Shown piece by piece: positions 31,219 through 32,000 of a stretch of DNA of 32,000 bases; the first letter of the stretch is position 1, and every line of letters begins with the position of its first letter. Under the pieces are notes generated by a model. That model did no database searches and had not been told where the DNA came from. It saw only the letters and a program-made list of their open reading frames with translations. Where the stretch lies: assembly GCA_000043285.1 (NCBI GenBank), contig BX248583.1, positions 90,001 to 122,000 of the forward strand, read 5' to 3'. Position numbers and translations under genes: made by a program. The stretch is from Candidatus Blochmanniella floridana. Its GTDB lineage: Bacteria > Pseudomonadota > Gammaproteobacteria > Enterobacterales > Enterobacteriaceae.

Positions 31219-31589
31219 CTTTATGTAAATAGAGCTAAATTTGTGTTGTGTGTTAGTAAGTTAAAGTATGATATTAAAATAATAGCATAATATTGCATTA
31301 TTAAAATTATTTTTAATAAAGTTAATATGTATTATTTATACGTTGTTGAATGTTTATGTTTTAAATAAGTTTTGAATATACAATTAGTTGTAATTATTAA
31401 CTGAAATTATATGTTGTGATCATTTTGACTTGATAAGTAACATATATTTTTGAAGAAAGAAGTAATTTTTGTTAATAAGAATTAAAGGAATAATGTTGTA
31501 TTGTATATATCTAATAAAATAGATAGTACAGAATTGATTTCATCAAAATATTATAATTTATTATAAATAATATTTGTCATTGTATAATA

Positions 31590-31997
31590 ATGAATGTAGA
31601 TGTAGTTTTGAAAAGATTAGATATTACGTTATGGAAAATTCGATATCCCGCTATATTGAAAAAATCGGAATCAGTACAGTTGTTAATAAATTTACGTTTT
31701 TTAATAATTTCTGGTTTATTTATTTCTTTGGATGATCCCTTTGTACAAGATGTGATTCGTGCTATGCGTGTAAAAAATATAGAAGTGTATATAATTAATA
31801 TTAATGAGATTAATAATTTAATTTTACCTGTAAAAGTTTTAAATTATTGTTGGTGGGTTGGAGTGGAAGTTTTATGTGATTTTGGAGGAATATCTTTATG
31901 TACTGAATCATTAAATGTATTAAAATATGATATGAAAGGTAAACAAGATTTTTGGTATCAAATTTATCGTAATGTATATTGTGATTGGAGTAAATAA
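31590..31997 (+). CDS. holD: DNA polymerase III psi subunit
   Basis: LKRLDITLWKIRYP, DDPFVQDVIRAM and DFWYQI resemble E. coli HolD (QLGITQWSLRRP, TDPLVSDVLRAL, ALWQQI), with the same length class of about 135 aa. Recognised from memory of the E. coli sequence. Confidence 0.75.
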   Translation: MNVDVVLKRLDITLWKIRYPAILKKSESVQLLINLRFLIISGLFISLDDPFVQDVIRAMRVKNIEVYIININEINNLILPVKVLNYCWWVGVEVLCDFGGISLCTESLNVLKYDMKGKQDFWYQIYRNVYCDWSK

Positions 31998-32000
31998 TTA

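Overview
This window is AT-rich (roughly 27-30% G+C, judged by eye) and gene-dense, with almost all genes on the + strand. Every long ORF is a recognisable enterobacterial housekeeping gene. The order is colinear with three E. coli K-12 neighbourhoods (recalled from memory): (1) purA-rlmB-rpsF-rpsR-rplI-cysQ-tamA-tamB-ppa; (2) ispB / rplU-rpmA-obgE-greA-rlmE-ftsH-folP-glmM-secG-tRNA-Leu-tRNA-fMet-nusA-infB-rbfA-truB-rpsO-pnp-deaD; (3) holD. Genes that lie between these in E. coli (nsrR/rnr, priB, yhbE, dacB, yhbY, the argG region, rimP, nlpI) are absent and replaced by short AT-rich spacers. This is the signature of a reduced genome from an insect-associated Enterobacterales endosymbiont, possibly Candidatus Blochmannia-like, though identity cannot be verified here. 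I found no CRISPR array, no transposase, integrase or phage gene, no toxin-antitoxin or defence-like cassette, and no orphan ORF of meaningful size. I therefore do not find a novel multi-gene system in this window. What deserves a second look is genome-decay biology. (a) tamA and the normally essential GTPase gene obgE are each split by a frameshift lying exactly inside a long poly(A) run (A9 and A11). Both are repairable by one extra A, which is the pattern described for transcriptional-slippage rescue in endosymbionts. (b) A tRNA-Leu gene is bracketed by a perfect 15-bp inverted repeat that extends its acceptor stem to a 22-bp helix. (c) Several proteins are truncated at domain level: TruB lacks PUA, DeaD lacks its C-terminal region, and ObgE lacks its acidic tail. 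(d) L21 carries a 24-codon extension that overlaps rpmA. (e) A rimP-sized non-coding gap sits inside the metY-nusA-infB operon.
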